Shown: positions 1 through 12,100 of the stretch, in pieces
Numbering within the stretch: the stretch's first letter is position 1
Layout of the letters: the number at the start of each line of letters is the position of its first letter
Assembly: GCA_051294905.1 (NCBI GenBank)
Contig: CM119381.1
Coordinates: 11,594,001-11,658,000 of the forward strand
Direction: 5' to 3'
Origin: Botryllus schlosseri
Lineage: Eukaryota
DNA: 64,000 nucleotides
Notes under the pieces: generated by a model
The model's input: the letters and a program-made list of their open reading frames with translations, nothing else
The model's database searches: none
What the model was told of the DNA's origin: nothing
Position numbers and translations under genes: made by a program

Positions 1-572
1 TATGATAGATATTCCCTTACAAACATGAATTCACATAACTGACATAGACTATGAAAATATAGTTTTTGGCATTTTTCTGCCCAACCTCAAATCTGTTTGC
101 CTTGTTAATATGGTAGGACTATAAAATGACATTATGGGAACAGCATAGTTGAAGGAATCTGTTCATCAGAAAATTTTTCTATGAAAAAATTGCATGTCTC
201 ATCTTGCCCCGTGTCTCATCTTGGCCTCCTCTCCCCCATAGTTATTAATCAGTAATCACCAATATGTAATGAAACTATTTCCATTCTTCATAAAATAAAC
301 TAAGGTCTTGCCTGCTCAAATCTTTTAGTGTCTCATCATCTCTATCCGTGATAGCTGTCTACTTGAAGGGAAACTGCATTTTGAATGTGCCATTTTCCTC
401 AGAAACCCACCATATTATAACTGCAGCTAAAAGATTGCCACAAAAGTTTGTGGCACTCATTTCTTCACCTTTGCAGTTTCTCGGCGTGTCTGTGGAGTAC
501 GGATACCGTACGTCTATTTACTGTGACTAAAATGCCGTGGTTCAAAAAGACACAGTTATATCGTAATAACAG

Positions 573-651
573 CTTTCAAAAATTCCTTCGCTGCCTTTAT
601 CATGTCGAGAAAGTGCGACTGAAGAATTGCTTGCTACAAGTTTCGAAATGG
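573..651 (+). CDS. Candidate upstream dynein exon
   Basis: taataacag acceptor; open frame LSKIPSLPLSCRESATEELLATSFEM; weak gttaaa donor whose phase 1 matches the exon at 3016; no homology support. Confidence 0.3.
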
Positions 652-917
652 GTTAAAAGCGATTACGTCTGACCTTGATGCCGCAGAGATCTATAGATTG
701 GTCTGGAATAATACCTTTCATTAATATTTTTTAGCCATAGTTCAAATAAGATGGGGTGTCTGAGGAAAATTACTGCTGGCAAGAATGTTTTTCCCACTTG
801 CAGTGCCAATTTGATGAAACAGACGCATAAAACCCAGTAGTGTGTCAATGTAATAATAAATGTTTAGGAAAATTACATTAGCCAAAAAAAGTTATAGGCT
901 ACTCCAGTCCTCTATTG

Positions 918-2952
918 CAGTGGTTCTCAACCGCCGGTCCGCGGACCGGTGCCGGTCCGCGACGCCTTTCCAGCCGGTCCGCGAGGTATATGACAATTTT
1001 ATACCTTTATTTCAAGATCCAATATGTGGAAGGCTTGACAACTGATTAAATAAATTAAACATCAAATTTTAAACTCATTCAGAACTTCGTGAAGTAACAT
1101 TAGGTCTGGAAACATGTTCGATTGGACTTCAAGTCGTGTTATTTGACGACATGGGAGCGAAAACTACGATATGACTCGCTAATCCGCGCAGTTTGCGCAA
1201 TCATTCGTTTTGGATTCATTCATTTTGTGAAGGACCGTAACTGCCACACCCCAAACCTCCCAATTGGAACGGGCTGAGCTTGAAGGGGGCCCAAAATTAT
1301 TTCGTGAATGAACATAACTTTTTTTTTTGAAACGTTAACCAACTTTTTTCATTTTTTTCTCGCGCCTGGCGCGGTTTAGTTTCACTAAAAGTCTTGATTA
1401 TTGGGCGTCCTTCCCCAAGAAATATATACTCCTGATATATAAAAATAGGAATTTCGGCGTCAGCCATTACCTCGCCAAAACGCGCCAACACATCATAAAT
1501 TTTGGGCTTACGTATGACTCCAAAAAGTGTGCGAAAAACTTGCCAGCGAGATGACCTTGGCCGGAAAGGACTGCTCTTTGTTGACCGAAAACTTCGATGT
1601 ATATATGTCTTACTGCCCATAGGCACCAAAATGGCTAGCGTGGAATCTCGCTGTCCTGGCAATCTGTACCCACAGGTAGGGCCGTAAAAGTCGTACCACG
1701 AACCCCATAAATTGGAAGGGGCTCAAGTTTGGAAGGGGCCCTTGATTATTTCGAAGCCGGATATGTTTTTTGTATATGTCATGCATATTGCGAAATGACA
1801 CGAACACAGCGGTAATATAATCGAATGATACGTAGAAGTGAGGGTGGTATGGGAGACGAAGCCTTCATAAATAACCTATATCAAGGCCCAGGACCAGCGT
1901 TATGGCGGGGGCCTGACCACGTGCTGTCACGGTCCTGCCGACAGGACAAATGCCAGACCACAGGAAAAATTATTTGCCAGTGAAGAAATACCAATTTGGG
2001 ATCGTGTGCGTCCTTTAGTTTAGTACGCTTTGGTGATTTGAATATCTATCGTCACTATGTAAAAGACAGCAGGTCGCGACATATTGACATACAATGAGGT
2101 AAATATTCCAATAGGCCCATCCGCATATGTTAATTATAATTAATTACGTGTCCTAAATTTTCCATGACGACACCCCAATCAACTCTACCGGTAAATCTGA
2201 TAATTCTGAGTATAAAAAATTTACAGCCATACATATGAAATTAACAATATTATTGACCGATTCAGTTATGATTTATAGAATATTTTTGCGTTTGGTGCGA
2301 TTATGTTACATAAACTCTCTCTGCCTATACTGAGTAGGTTGAATGTGTTCACAATGACTGGTAAAAAGTCCAACCAACTGTGGGGTATGTAGGCGAACCC
2401 TCCCAGAAGTTTGGTCTATCACCCTGTGGGAGGCCCAAGACCAATGTTATGGCCGGGTGGGCTGGCGATCGGCCCTGATTTTGGGATGGCCTGGTATAGC
2501 TGTTGTCAGGTGTGGCGCATTCTATTCATAGAAGCCTGAGTTGTCTGGTGGTAGTGGGCAATGAGAAAGGAAGCACGACAAGGTGATTGGCTCGACTCCG
2601 AAACGCTTATTCTCTTGATATTACCGTCGATTCAGAATGGTGGTTAAATCCATGGCCTTCAGCGCGAAAGACTGTAAATAACTCTCGGCGCTAGCACGTT
2701 TATCTGAGCATGGCCATTTTACCTAGACTCAGCAGACTCGCTACGGTAAAATCACATGAATACCTTCATGAACATATTCCATTAAGATAAAAATCCTGAA
2801 CATGTCTCTCTATAGCTAGCATCATATACTTGCAAACATCGGTTGCATCCTTCACTTTTTCTATTGATTTTTATTTTTGAAAGTCCACCGGTCCGGCAAA
2901 TATTTTTTGAAATTTTACCGGTCCGCGAGGTGAAAAAGGTTGAGAACCACTA
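918..2952. mobile_element. Non-autonomous hAT (Buster/Charlie-type) element carrying nested insertions
   Basis: TIR cagtggttctcaacc / ggttgagaaccacta; perfect 8-bp TSD ctctattg (910-917, 2953-2960). Confidence 0.9.
1230..2477. mobile_element. Nested hAT-like non-autonomous element
   Basis: Ends aaggaccgtaac / gatcggccctg; flanks attttgtg and attttggg (7/8); a second right-end-like copy ends at 1937. Confidence 0.55.
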
Positions 2953-3015
2953 CTCTATTGTACCAAGCCGCCACATACCTTTTAGCAAATAGCAATATTC
3001 CTGATCATTTTTAAG

Positions 3016-3165
3016 GTACTAATAGCGAGGTTGAATGGGAACCAGTGACAGCGCAATCTCAAAGAGACTATAGGTCTACCAAATGTCGAACGAAGAACAT
3101 TTCAAAGCAACCTGACTTGGGAGATATTATTTCCAAATATCGAGATAATCTCTATGATATCACAG
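3016..3165 (+). CDS. DNAH14: DNAH14 exon 1 (in-window numbering)
   Basis: phase 1>1; [10 protein letters not shown]...RDNLYDIT; gtatga donor. Confidence 0.7.
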
Positions 3166-6100
3166 GTATGAATACTGTTAGCAATTGATCCGAACAATTT
3201 TATAGAACGACATCTGATTCGATTGGGTTAAATTAGGACCAATATCCTTTATGAGTTACCAGGGTTGCCGGAAAGTGTATTTTTCATTTTTGCGAAGGGC
3301 TCGATGAATGCATATACCGGTATGTTGTTTGTGGGGTTCGATGCCTTCCAATAAAGCTAAAAACCACTGCACTGAACAGTGTAGAACAGGTCTCAGGATT
3401 GTCAACACTAGCCATTTCCAACACTCAATTAACTTCCAACATTGTATTCATATTTTTAGAACCTGCAGATAGCGACGTGGTCAACCATATAGTTAGGCTA
3501 CGTTCAAATTTGAATTGGAAGACAATGTTACCAAGACATGGACCAGGTGTCAGCAGAGCCATGAAATTCACTGATCACAGAAATCCTTTACAGGTTCTTG
3601 ATGTGATTTTTCCAAAATTTAGGCTATCATGTGACGAACACGATATTTTTCCAGGAACCAATCTTTCCTTTGGAAGACACTGGTGAATACGTATATGCGA
3701 TTGAAAGGTCTGCTTATTTACCTGGCAAGGGTAGACGCACAAATCCGTTTGATTTGAAAGTTGTATCGACCGAAAATGCACGGCGTAGAGCTACCTATTA
3801 TCTCATAACTGCATCGTCTGTAACCAAGGTGTGTCTTGAATATTATTTGAATTTAGAGGTATTGCTACTTCAGCTAATAAGTTATGCTGGAAGGTAGCCT
3901 ATTCATCCACACCTAGTTAGCATTATATCGCTAATAGCTATCAGAACTGATGGAGACAGAGACTGCACAACATCCATACTATGTCAGCGGGCTTCTTATT
4001 GACACTTACATCATTTATCATAAATATCATGCCTATTGCTATGATTTCAATGAAAATCTCATGGCGTTCATGATCAGAAAACTACTAAAGTGCATATGTT
4101 GAGGTGCCGGAGTAATTGTCCATCATGACGTTAATTAATCGGTTTTGCAAGTCGCTCATATTTTAGGGGAATTTGGTAATAAAATTCTACGGCATATATT
4201 TTTTCATACGTGAACATTTTGATTTAGAATGAACTACTCCTGTCAGAATATTAATCTACAATATCATTGTTTTGCTGAAGATTTGGAGTGTTGTTTCTAA
4301 ACCGCATATTTTATCTTCTCATTTTCTTCGATTGTCCCCAATATCATTGGGTTGTTTTAAGGTTACCACATCTGAAAATGAAGGAAACCATAGAGAAATC
4401 ACCCCTGCAATCTGGTGGATATATGAGCAAAGACTGTTCAATATGATATGTGATCTGTCAGTATTTGAGAATTTCCGTATTTGGAAGCAATTCACCCTCT
4501 GGAAAATGCTCATTCGAAAGAAAAAAAACAGTGGATCTGGGTGCGTATTGTGTATTTTTACAGACCATTTCCATCTGGATCAATGGTAGTACAATGACCA
4601 ATCCTAGTAATCATAGGCGCCGACTTACGAGGTGGCGCAGCCACCTCGTGTCCATATTTACGAGGTGGCGGCCACCTCGTACAAAATGCTCAAACGCCCA
4701 AGTGATTTGTGACCAGTAATTAGTAATCAGGCGGATTGATGCGACCTCGTTACAGACGTCTTCGATCTCAATACGCGGGTGTGCCAGGCTTGTAGCCACG
4801 TTGGTTTCGGGGATCGAGCTTCCCTATTTGAAACGCGAAACCCCGTCATTTTTAAATGATCATTCTAACTCTAATAACCAGTTGCAATTCAATAATTGTG
4901 TTATCAGTGTTCCGCACGGCTGATTAGCGAGAAACGTGTTACCAATTAGCGAGAAGAATCTGTTATGATCTCCCGTTGAGAAGGTCACGAAATTAGGTCA
5001 TTCATTCCAGTGCGCATGGCAATCGTCGCTAGCCTGATTTATCGCGTCTCAAACAAATATGGTTCAGCAGGCTGTAACAATCGCATCTGCAGTAGGCCCA
5101 CTTCATACTATATCATCGCTTGCCTGCGCAATCGCATCTGCATAGGCGGCTTCGGCCTGGTGTGCACGATATCATCGCTGGTCTACACAATATCATCGGC
5201 AATAGGCCTGGTGTGAAAGATATCATTGCTGGCCTAACTATCGCGTCTCAGGCATAGCATGCTTTGGCTCCTATCTCTCGCTAGTTTGGAGACAATGCGG
5301 TCGAGTTTACGCTAATTAGTGATTGTTTTATGTCATATTGATTAGAAAGCGACATGGCGAAACTGAATAACATCGAATCGCTGCAAACAGACTTTAACGT
5401 GCGTAATTGATTCCCGCTGAGACTTGAACGTAACAATCAGAAGATGTGTATCATGGCGTGAGTTCTGAAAGACGACAAAGGTTTGAACTCGGTGCCAGCA
5501 AGTTCGGACATTTTGATTTGCGAAAATTGTCGCCAAGACTGCGTAATACGCGCGCGTATTTAATTGCTCACCAGAGATCAGGGAGTCGCTAATTGACAGC
5601 ACTCCCCGACTCTTTGGCAAGTTTATCATACGCCTAAAATCGTCAATACGAAGAGATTATATGATCGTCATTTGCACATGTAGCCTACTGGACCCGAATT
5701 GAATTGATGCTATATTGGTAAATTTGAAAAAAAAATCCAAATATCCCTAATTACTCTACTGGCTACGCGCCTAGCGTGTGCTGAGAAGCACCACGCTGGA
5801 TCTCCTCTCCCGATCAGGCGCCCAAATAGACGTTCTGCTTTTTTGAAATCTAAATTATGTGCGCCCATATTTGTTTACAAAACCATTCGTGAGCTAGCTA
5901 GCTTCGTGATAGTCTTGGTAATCGGAGCGCGAAATTGGAGGTTGTGTTGGTGTGTGCCTGGAAATTTGGAATTCATTTCTGCGCAGATTCGTTTCTCTAA
6001 CAATGCTTTGCCAGTGACATTATTCGGGAAATGCAGCAATACAGCTTCAATCAAGCGCGTAGCTAGGGGGTTCCGGGGGTCGGTACCCCTCCTTTAGAAT

Positions 6101-9100
6101 CGCGAAACCCCCTTCTTAAACGCGAAACCCATTTCTTTTGAAATGACCGTTCTGACGCTAATGGTCGGTTGCAGTTCAATGAGTCGTATTATCAGTGTTA
6201 CGTGCGACCAATTAACGAAAGGCGTGTTGCCAATTAGCAAGATTCGTCCGTGCGCTATGCACTGCACAGTTCACATTTCACAATGTAACGCGACACGATC
6301 ATCCGCTGAGATGATTGCGAAATTGGATCATTCATTGCCGCGTGCTCGGCAATAGTTGCTAGCCTGATTTATCGCGTCTCCAACAAGCCTAGTTCCACTG
6401 GCTTGAATAATCTCATCTGAAATAGGCCCGGTGTGCACGATATCATCGCTGGCCTACACAATCGCATCTGCAGTGGCCCGGTGTGCACGATATCATCGCT
6501 GACCTACACAATCGCATCTGCAAGCGGCCTAGTATACGAAAGATATCGCTAGCCTAACTACCGCGTCTCGGGCCTACCATGATTTGGCTCCTATTTCCCG
6601 ATGGCTCGGATAAAATGGTCGTTAAGTATATGCTGATTAGCGATTGTGATTAAAGAGTGACATCTCGAAACTGAATTACATCGAATGTGCGCAAACATAT
6701 GCGACGCGTGCGACGTGCGTACGTCGTACATGCGTAATTGATTTCCGCTAATACTTGAACATAACCATCAAAAGCTGTGTGTCAACGCTAAAAAGAGGTA
6801 AGGTTTGAACCACCTGAAATCGGCGTCATTATAGCCCGTATTCCATAAAAACTTGTACATTTTGACTTGCGCAAATCGTCGCAGAGGCTATGTAAGACGT
6901 AAGACGCATTGCTAATCGCGCGTATTTAATTGTTCGACGCATTGATAAGCGCACGATATCATCGGTTGACCTACACAATCGCATCTGCAATAGGCCTAAT
7001 ACGAAAGATATATCAATAGATCGATAGCCTAACTATCGCGTCTCGGGCCTAGCATGGTTTGGCTCCTATCTCTCGATGGCTTGAAGACCATGCCGTTGAT
7101 TGTATGCTGATTAGCGATTATGATTAAAAGAGTGACATCGCGAAACTGAAAGACATCGAATGTCCGCAAACATGTGCGACGCGTGCGTAATATATTTCCG
7201 CTAATACTTAAACATAAATATCACAATATGTGTATCAACTTGAGTTATAAAAGAGGACAGGTTTGAAGCACCTGAAATCGGTGTCATTATGGCACATATT
7301 CCCTAAAAACTTGGACATTTCGACTTGCGCAAATAGTCGACGTGGCTGGGTAAGACGCGTTGATGAGCGCGCGTATTTAATTGTTCGACGCTTTGATAAG
7401 CGCAGTATTTAATTGTTGACCACAGATCAGGGGGTCGCTAATTAACAGCACATAACAGGCTGGCTACGCGCATGGCTTCAATACCGATATAATGAGAAAA
7501 CAATTGTCGCGACGAAATCTACTCAATATGGTGTCAGACTCAAAACCCATTCGTGGCGATACTGATTAGAATACACGCATTCTCGTTTGTCATTATCCGT
7601 ATTTGGATTTAGAAGGAAATTTGTGCGGCCGTCAACACGTGATTCAATTGGTATGTGTTGGCGGCTGTCGGCATGCAAATTGAATTTACCAATTGACCGA
7701 TGTACTCCCAAAATGCTTTGCGAACTTAAATCGGCAAATGCACCGATGCCGTCCAAATCGCTCTTTTAATCTGCAAATAATTGCCGCGATGCGAGTTGGT
7801 CAACGCGAAGCAAGCCAAGAAACCGCAAATACAATTACTGATTGGGTACGCGCTTTCGCGTTTCTAATCATCATTATTGTCTGCTTGAAATATTCGACAG
7901 TTGTCGTGTGTTACTTGACAGGCCAGTGCGTGGACGGCGCGTTGCGCTGAATAACATTGATGCAAATTCAGATTCTCAGTGACGTAAATTCTGATTTTTG
8001 TTTGATGCGTTCCGTCGGACGGACTGGTAGCGCTGGCCGCAGTTACACTTTCGAATGATCATACCGTTTTAAGATTCCATTTATCAACTCGACTGCATGG
8101 TATGATAATAATGAGTGCAGGGCTGGTATTACACGAATGCTGCACGTACACCAGCGGCATGTAGTAATGTGCGTTTTAGTGCAACGATGATGTCATCGAT
8201 ATGGAACAATTATGACGTCACAAGACTTCGCCACCTCGTAAAAAAATAAAAGTCGGCGCCTATGCTAGTAATGATAATTTATGTTTAGTCCAACATTCTG
8301 TAATATATTTACCAATCTTTTTATGCGAAGATCATGAAGTTAGCTGATCCGGGAGAATGCTAATCATATGATTAAAAACTGTTAATCGGGGACGCATTTT
8401 AGGCAGAGATCATAAAGTTAGCTGATCCGGAAAAATGCTAACGTTTGATTAGGAACTGCTAATCACCACGTATAAAGTAGGATAAGGTTACATGCAATGA
8501 TTACTCGAGGTGCCCCGAGTTTTCAATTAAATGCGGTTATCTATTACATGATAATGCTAAAATGCGGTTTTAGCAGTCAGTTGTCAATTTGTTGAATGAA
8601 ACTGCATGGTGCTGATAAAGATACTGTGACTATAATGAGTAGGATTATCATCATCGCGAAATCAAAGTCGTGCGTAATCGCTAACCAGCGAAGAAATGGA
8701 TTGTAGAATATTGATAGATACATCGCTCTGCAAGGGTGGGTATGATAGTTCGTTGATTGTCTGATTGTTTAGTGAAGCCATTACCCAGGAGACAATCTTT
8801 AAGGTCATTATCGGAAATATTTGTGTAATGCGGTGTACGCAGTTTTTGTAGATAACTATTATCTATAATTTGTTATGGTTTGTTAAATCATGAGATTAAA
8901 CCTAAGTTTATGCACTGCGATCAACCGGTTGATCCTTAATCCTGGGTGGTTAAAACCTGATGAACCAGATAACCGACTTGGAATCAAACTGCATGCTCTC
9001 AGCCCTTAGAATATTATCGTGATACCGTATCTCATGTGACCAGGCTTCCATGAATTCCTTTCAAATACTGGATGAAATATACTAGGTGATGAGAAAAATA

Positions 9101-12100
9101 ATTTTGGAAATGAGTCAGGGGTGTGAAAATTTTCAAAATTTACCCAGATAGTATAAATTCATGGAGTTGATTACTTGCGTAAATGCCGATAAACAAGGAT
9201 CAGATATGCTTCTTCACGCCGATGAACATGAGAAATTATTAACATATTTTCTCAAAATTCTCGGCCGGGTTTTAACTGTAGTCTAGCGGATTTCAGAATC
9301 AGCTGGTATCTACGTGTGATATCCTGAGAATAGTTTCGGTTATTGTATCTATTTCTCTTTTCATGCAGGTTGTTGCTGACCAAGCAACTGTTTAATGTTG
9401 ATGTCTTTTTGCAAAAGTGTTTGCTATCTGTCCGAGCGATGTGTGAAGACGCTTGTGGCAGCCGTGATGGATTCGGGATTTCTGGCAGCGCCATCATTCT
9501 TGTGTCATACAGCACAAGGTATTTCTTCACTGATTTCAATGTGGATTCTAGACTGTGAGGTTAGCGTTATTTTTCTTGTCACAGACATACTTACACCCTG
9601 GATGAGTTTTGTGATATACAGAACAATAAATGTTCGGAAGCGGCTAACAGTCTCGAATCGCTGCAAAACAACATTGCTGACATGTGTTACAGAGCTTGTG
9701 CTGTGAGTTTTTACTCTTATTGTAGGCCTTCACTTATTTCCTTGTTTTTCAAAGGAATTAGATCCATTATGCTATCACATGTTTGAAGTTGAATGGATAT
9801 GTAGAATTTATACTTAGGCCTATGTAAAGCGAATCCATTGCAACTTTTGCTGTAATCTTCCATCATGTCACACTTAACTTATTATCATTGGAGACTGTTT
9901 TGCATGAAGATGAAGCTATATTTGATGATGTGAATGTACTAGAGGTTGCACTGTTGACGCCTCTGCCACTTTTTGCGATTTCCAGGTATAGACCATTTTG
10001 CAAGCATTTTCGCAGTTTATTGAGACAATGCACGTCTACACAGAATCAAATTTTCAAGAAACAGACATTATTCTCCTATTGTCTGGGGGCCTGATTTGCT
10101 ATCCAAGTAGTTTTCATACAATACGCTTGTTATATGCCTTTATTGACCATAGTGTTTTAAACATCAGGTACCGTATCATATTATTTATGTGCAAGCATGA
10201 GCTTTAAAAGTGTGAGATGCTATAGAAATAGGTTTGGTAAACTTTCATGTATAGTAGCATAATTTGTGTCATGTATATCAAATGTGGATTGTGTTGCTTA
10301 GGCTGCAGTTGAAAGTGAGGGAATTAGTAAGGATGTCCGATTGGGAAAAGTGCAGAGAAGAAGATACACCACCAAGCTTACCGTTGATGAAGGTATTCAT
10401 CATTTTAAATTCTGTCAATGAATGAGGTACGCAGGCGGGACTGGTAATCGAAATCTCCTTTTCATACTCAAAATCCACCCTTTTGAAATGCCAATATTTC
10501 TTTGTTCGTATACAAATCACAAATTTGTGGCACGCTCTTGGGTAGCCATTTTGTAGTATTATACTCTGGTGTGTACAAAAAAGAGTAACTATCTCATCGT
10601 TCTTAGGAACTCCCTCAATGCCTCAGTAATAAGAATGTTTTTAAACCCCTTTTTCCCTGTTTATTTTGGTCGATTATAAGTTATATCATCAACCATAGTT
10701 TTTAATATCTTGTAAATGAAGCACAATGCAATTTTTAAATGCAATTCTGACAATTGTTTCCACCTGAAGTACATTTACTATTCTGATGACTATGAATTCA
10801 GATACCGGACCGACTTTTGCTCAATTGGCGATATGGCGTAAAACTTTATCAAGAATGAAAGATTTCATTCGTCATATCGACAACATACTTTTGGAATTAC
10901 TGCATCGTTTGATCACAACTGCTGTGAAGTGCCTGCTTTCATTCATCTCTTGTTCCGCCAATTTTAATCTCGATGAGAATGAAGAGAATCTTCATCTAAA
11001 AGCCATCGCTGATTTGTAAGTGTGTTTTTTAACTTCTCTGAATAGTATCGTTTGTGCATTATCAGTTACTTAGTGATACTTATAAGTAGCATGTGGTATC
11101 AGTTGCTTATCTTTTGATTCTGAATGTGCATTCTTTTCAAATAGATATTTTGTTGATAATATCCTTGTGCCACAGGTACAGTAAAGTTACCTTGGACGGG
11201 GAACTAAATGGTCACAAATCGCTGCACCATTTGAAGAGGATAGTTACGGGTATTGAAGATCGGAAAGTTGTCGAATCAAGCACAAAACTTGCTCGTTATG
11301 AAGTTATTGATGCCTCCAAAGACGATGACGAACAATCGTGCTTTAGTTCATATACTGGCCTGCGATCAGGAAGCGTTGTGAGAGCATTTTATTACTTCAG
11401 TAGAAGGAATTGTATTGTGGAATATACAAACTTGCTTCTGATTAATGTGTTTTATGTGTAATCAATAATATGAACTGTCGACTGCAATCACTACTCTCAA
11501 ATCATTTCAACCAACACTTATTTATTATGTCCATTTGGCCATCTTAACTTTCAAATTGTTTTGTTCCGTTATAACCCAATAGGAGAAGGAAATTGTGTAT
11601 CTTGCTAACCCATAGAAACGACTGCTATCTCAGGTTTCAAATGACTCCGAAGACGATGAAGTGAAATCACAGGAGCAAGATAAGAGAGACGATGAATTGA
11701 ACCGACTCCCACATTCCGTCTTCTTGGTAAGAAATTTGTCTCAATTATACTTATTAAAAGCTCTGCTTGGGTATTTTCTGATGAAATCTCCACGACTTAT
11801 ATCATTTTGAATGTTGCAGATTCGCCTACAATTGAATATTGCGGAATCCGGGAACAGCAGGAGAAGCAGTGCGAGCTCAAGGTCTAGCAGGAGACGAGCA
11901 AATATGTATGACTGCCTGTTGATTGTTACTACATGGGTCGACATTATTTCACTGAAATCACTCAGCTTGTGGTAAAACGAACGAATTACTGCTGATTGTG
12001 TCATAACCTGACGACAGGGTTGTAACCTAGTCACAAGGTTCAGAGTCAAAAGTCAATATCACTTTTATAGTGTTGAGTCAAGTCGAGTCATTTTTTCAAT

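Larger units (their letters stand above)
4612..8264. mobile_element. Non-autonomous hAT element with two nested MITEs
   Basis: TIR cataggcgccgactt / aagtcggcgcctatg; subterminal acgaggtggcg motifs; perfect TSD ctagtaat (4604-4611, 8265-8272). Confidence 0.9.

Noticed and set aside
195-242. Short tgtctcatcttg tandem ending ctctccccatag, resembling a DNA-transposon terminus
   Set aside because: Only one end is visible and there is no TSD or second copy in the window
1297-1662. 121-aa minus-strand ORF
   Set aside because: Lies inside a non-autonomous hAT element and has no recognisable motif
8330-8465. Two diverged copies of a unit of about 78 bp (gatcatgaagttagctgatccgg)
   Set aside because: Simple local duplication with no further structure
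9888-10207. Possible extra exon after ttccag at about 9985
   Set aside because: Stop codon in the required phase; exons 6 and 7 already join in frame
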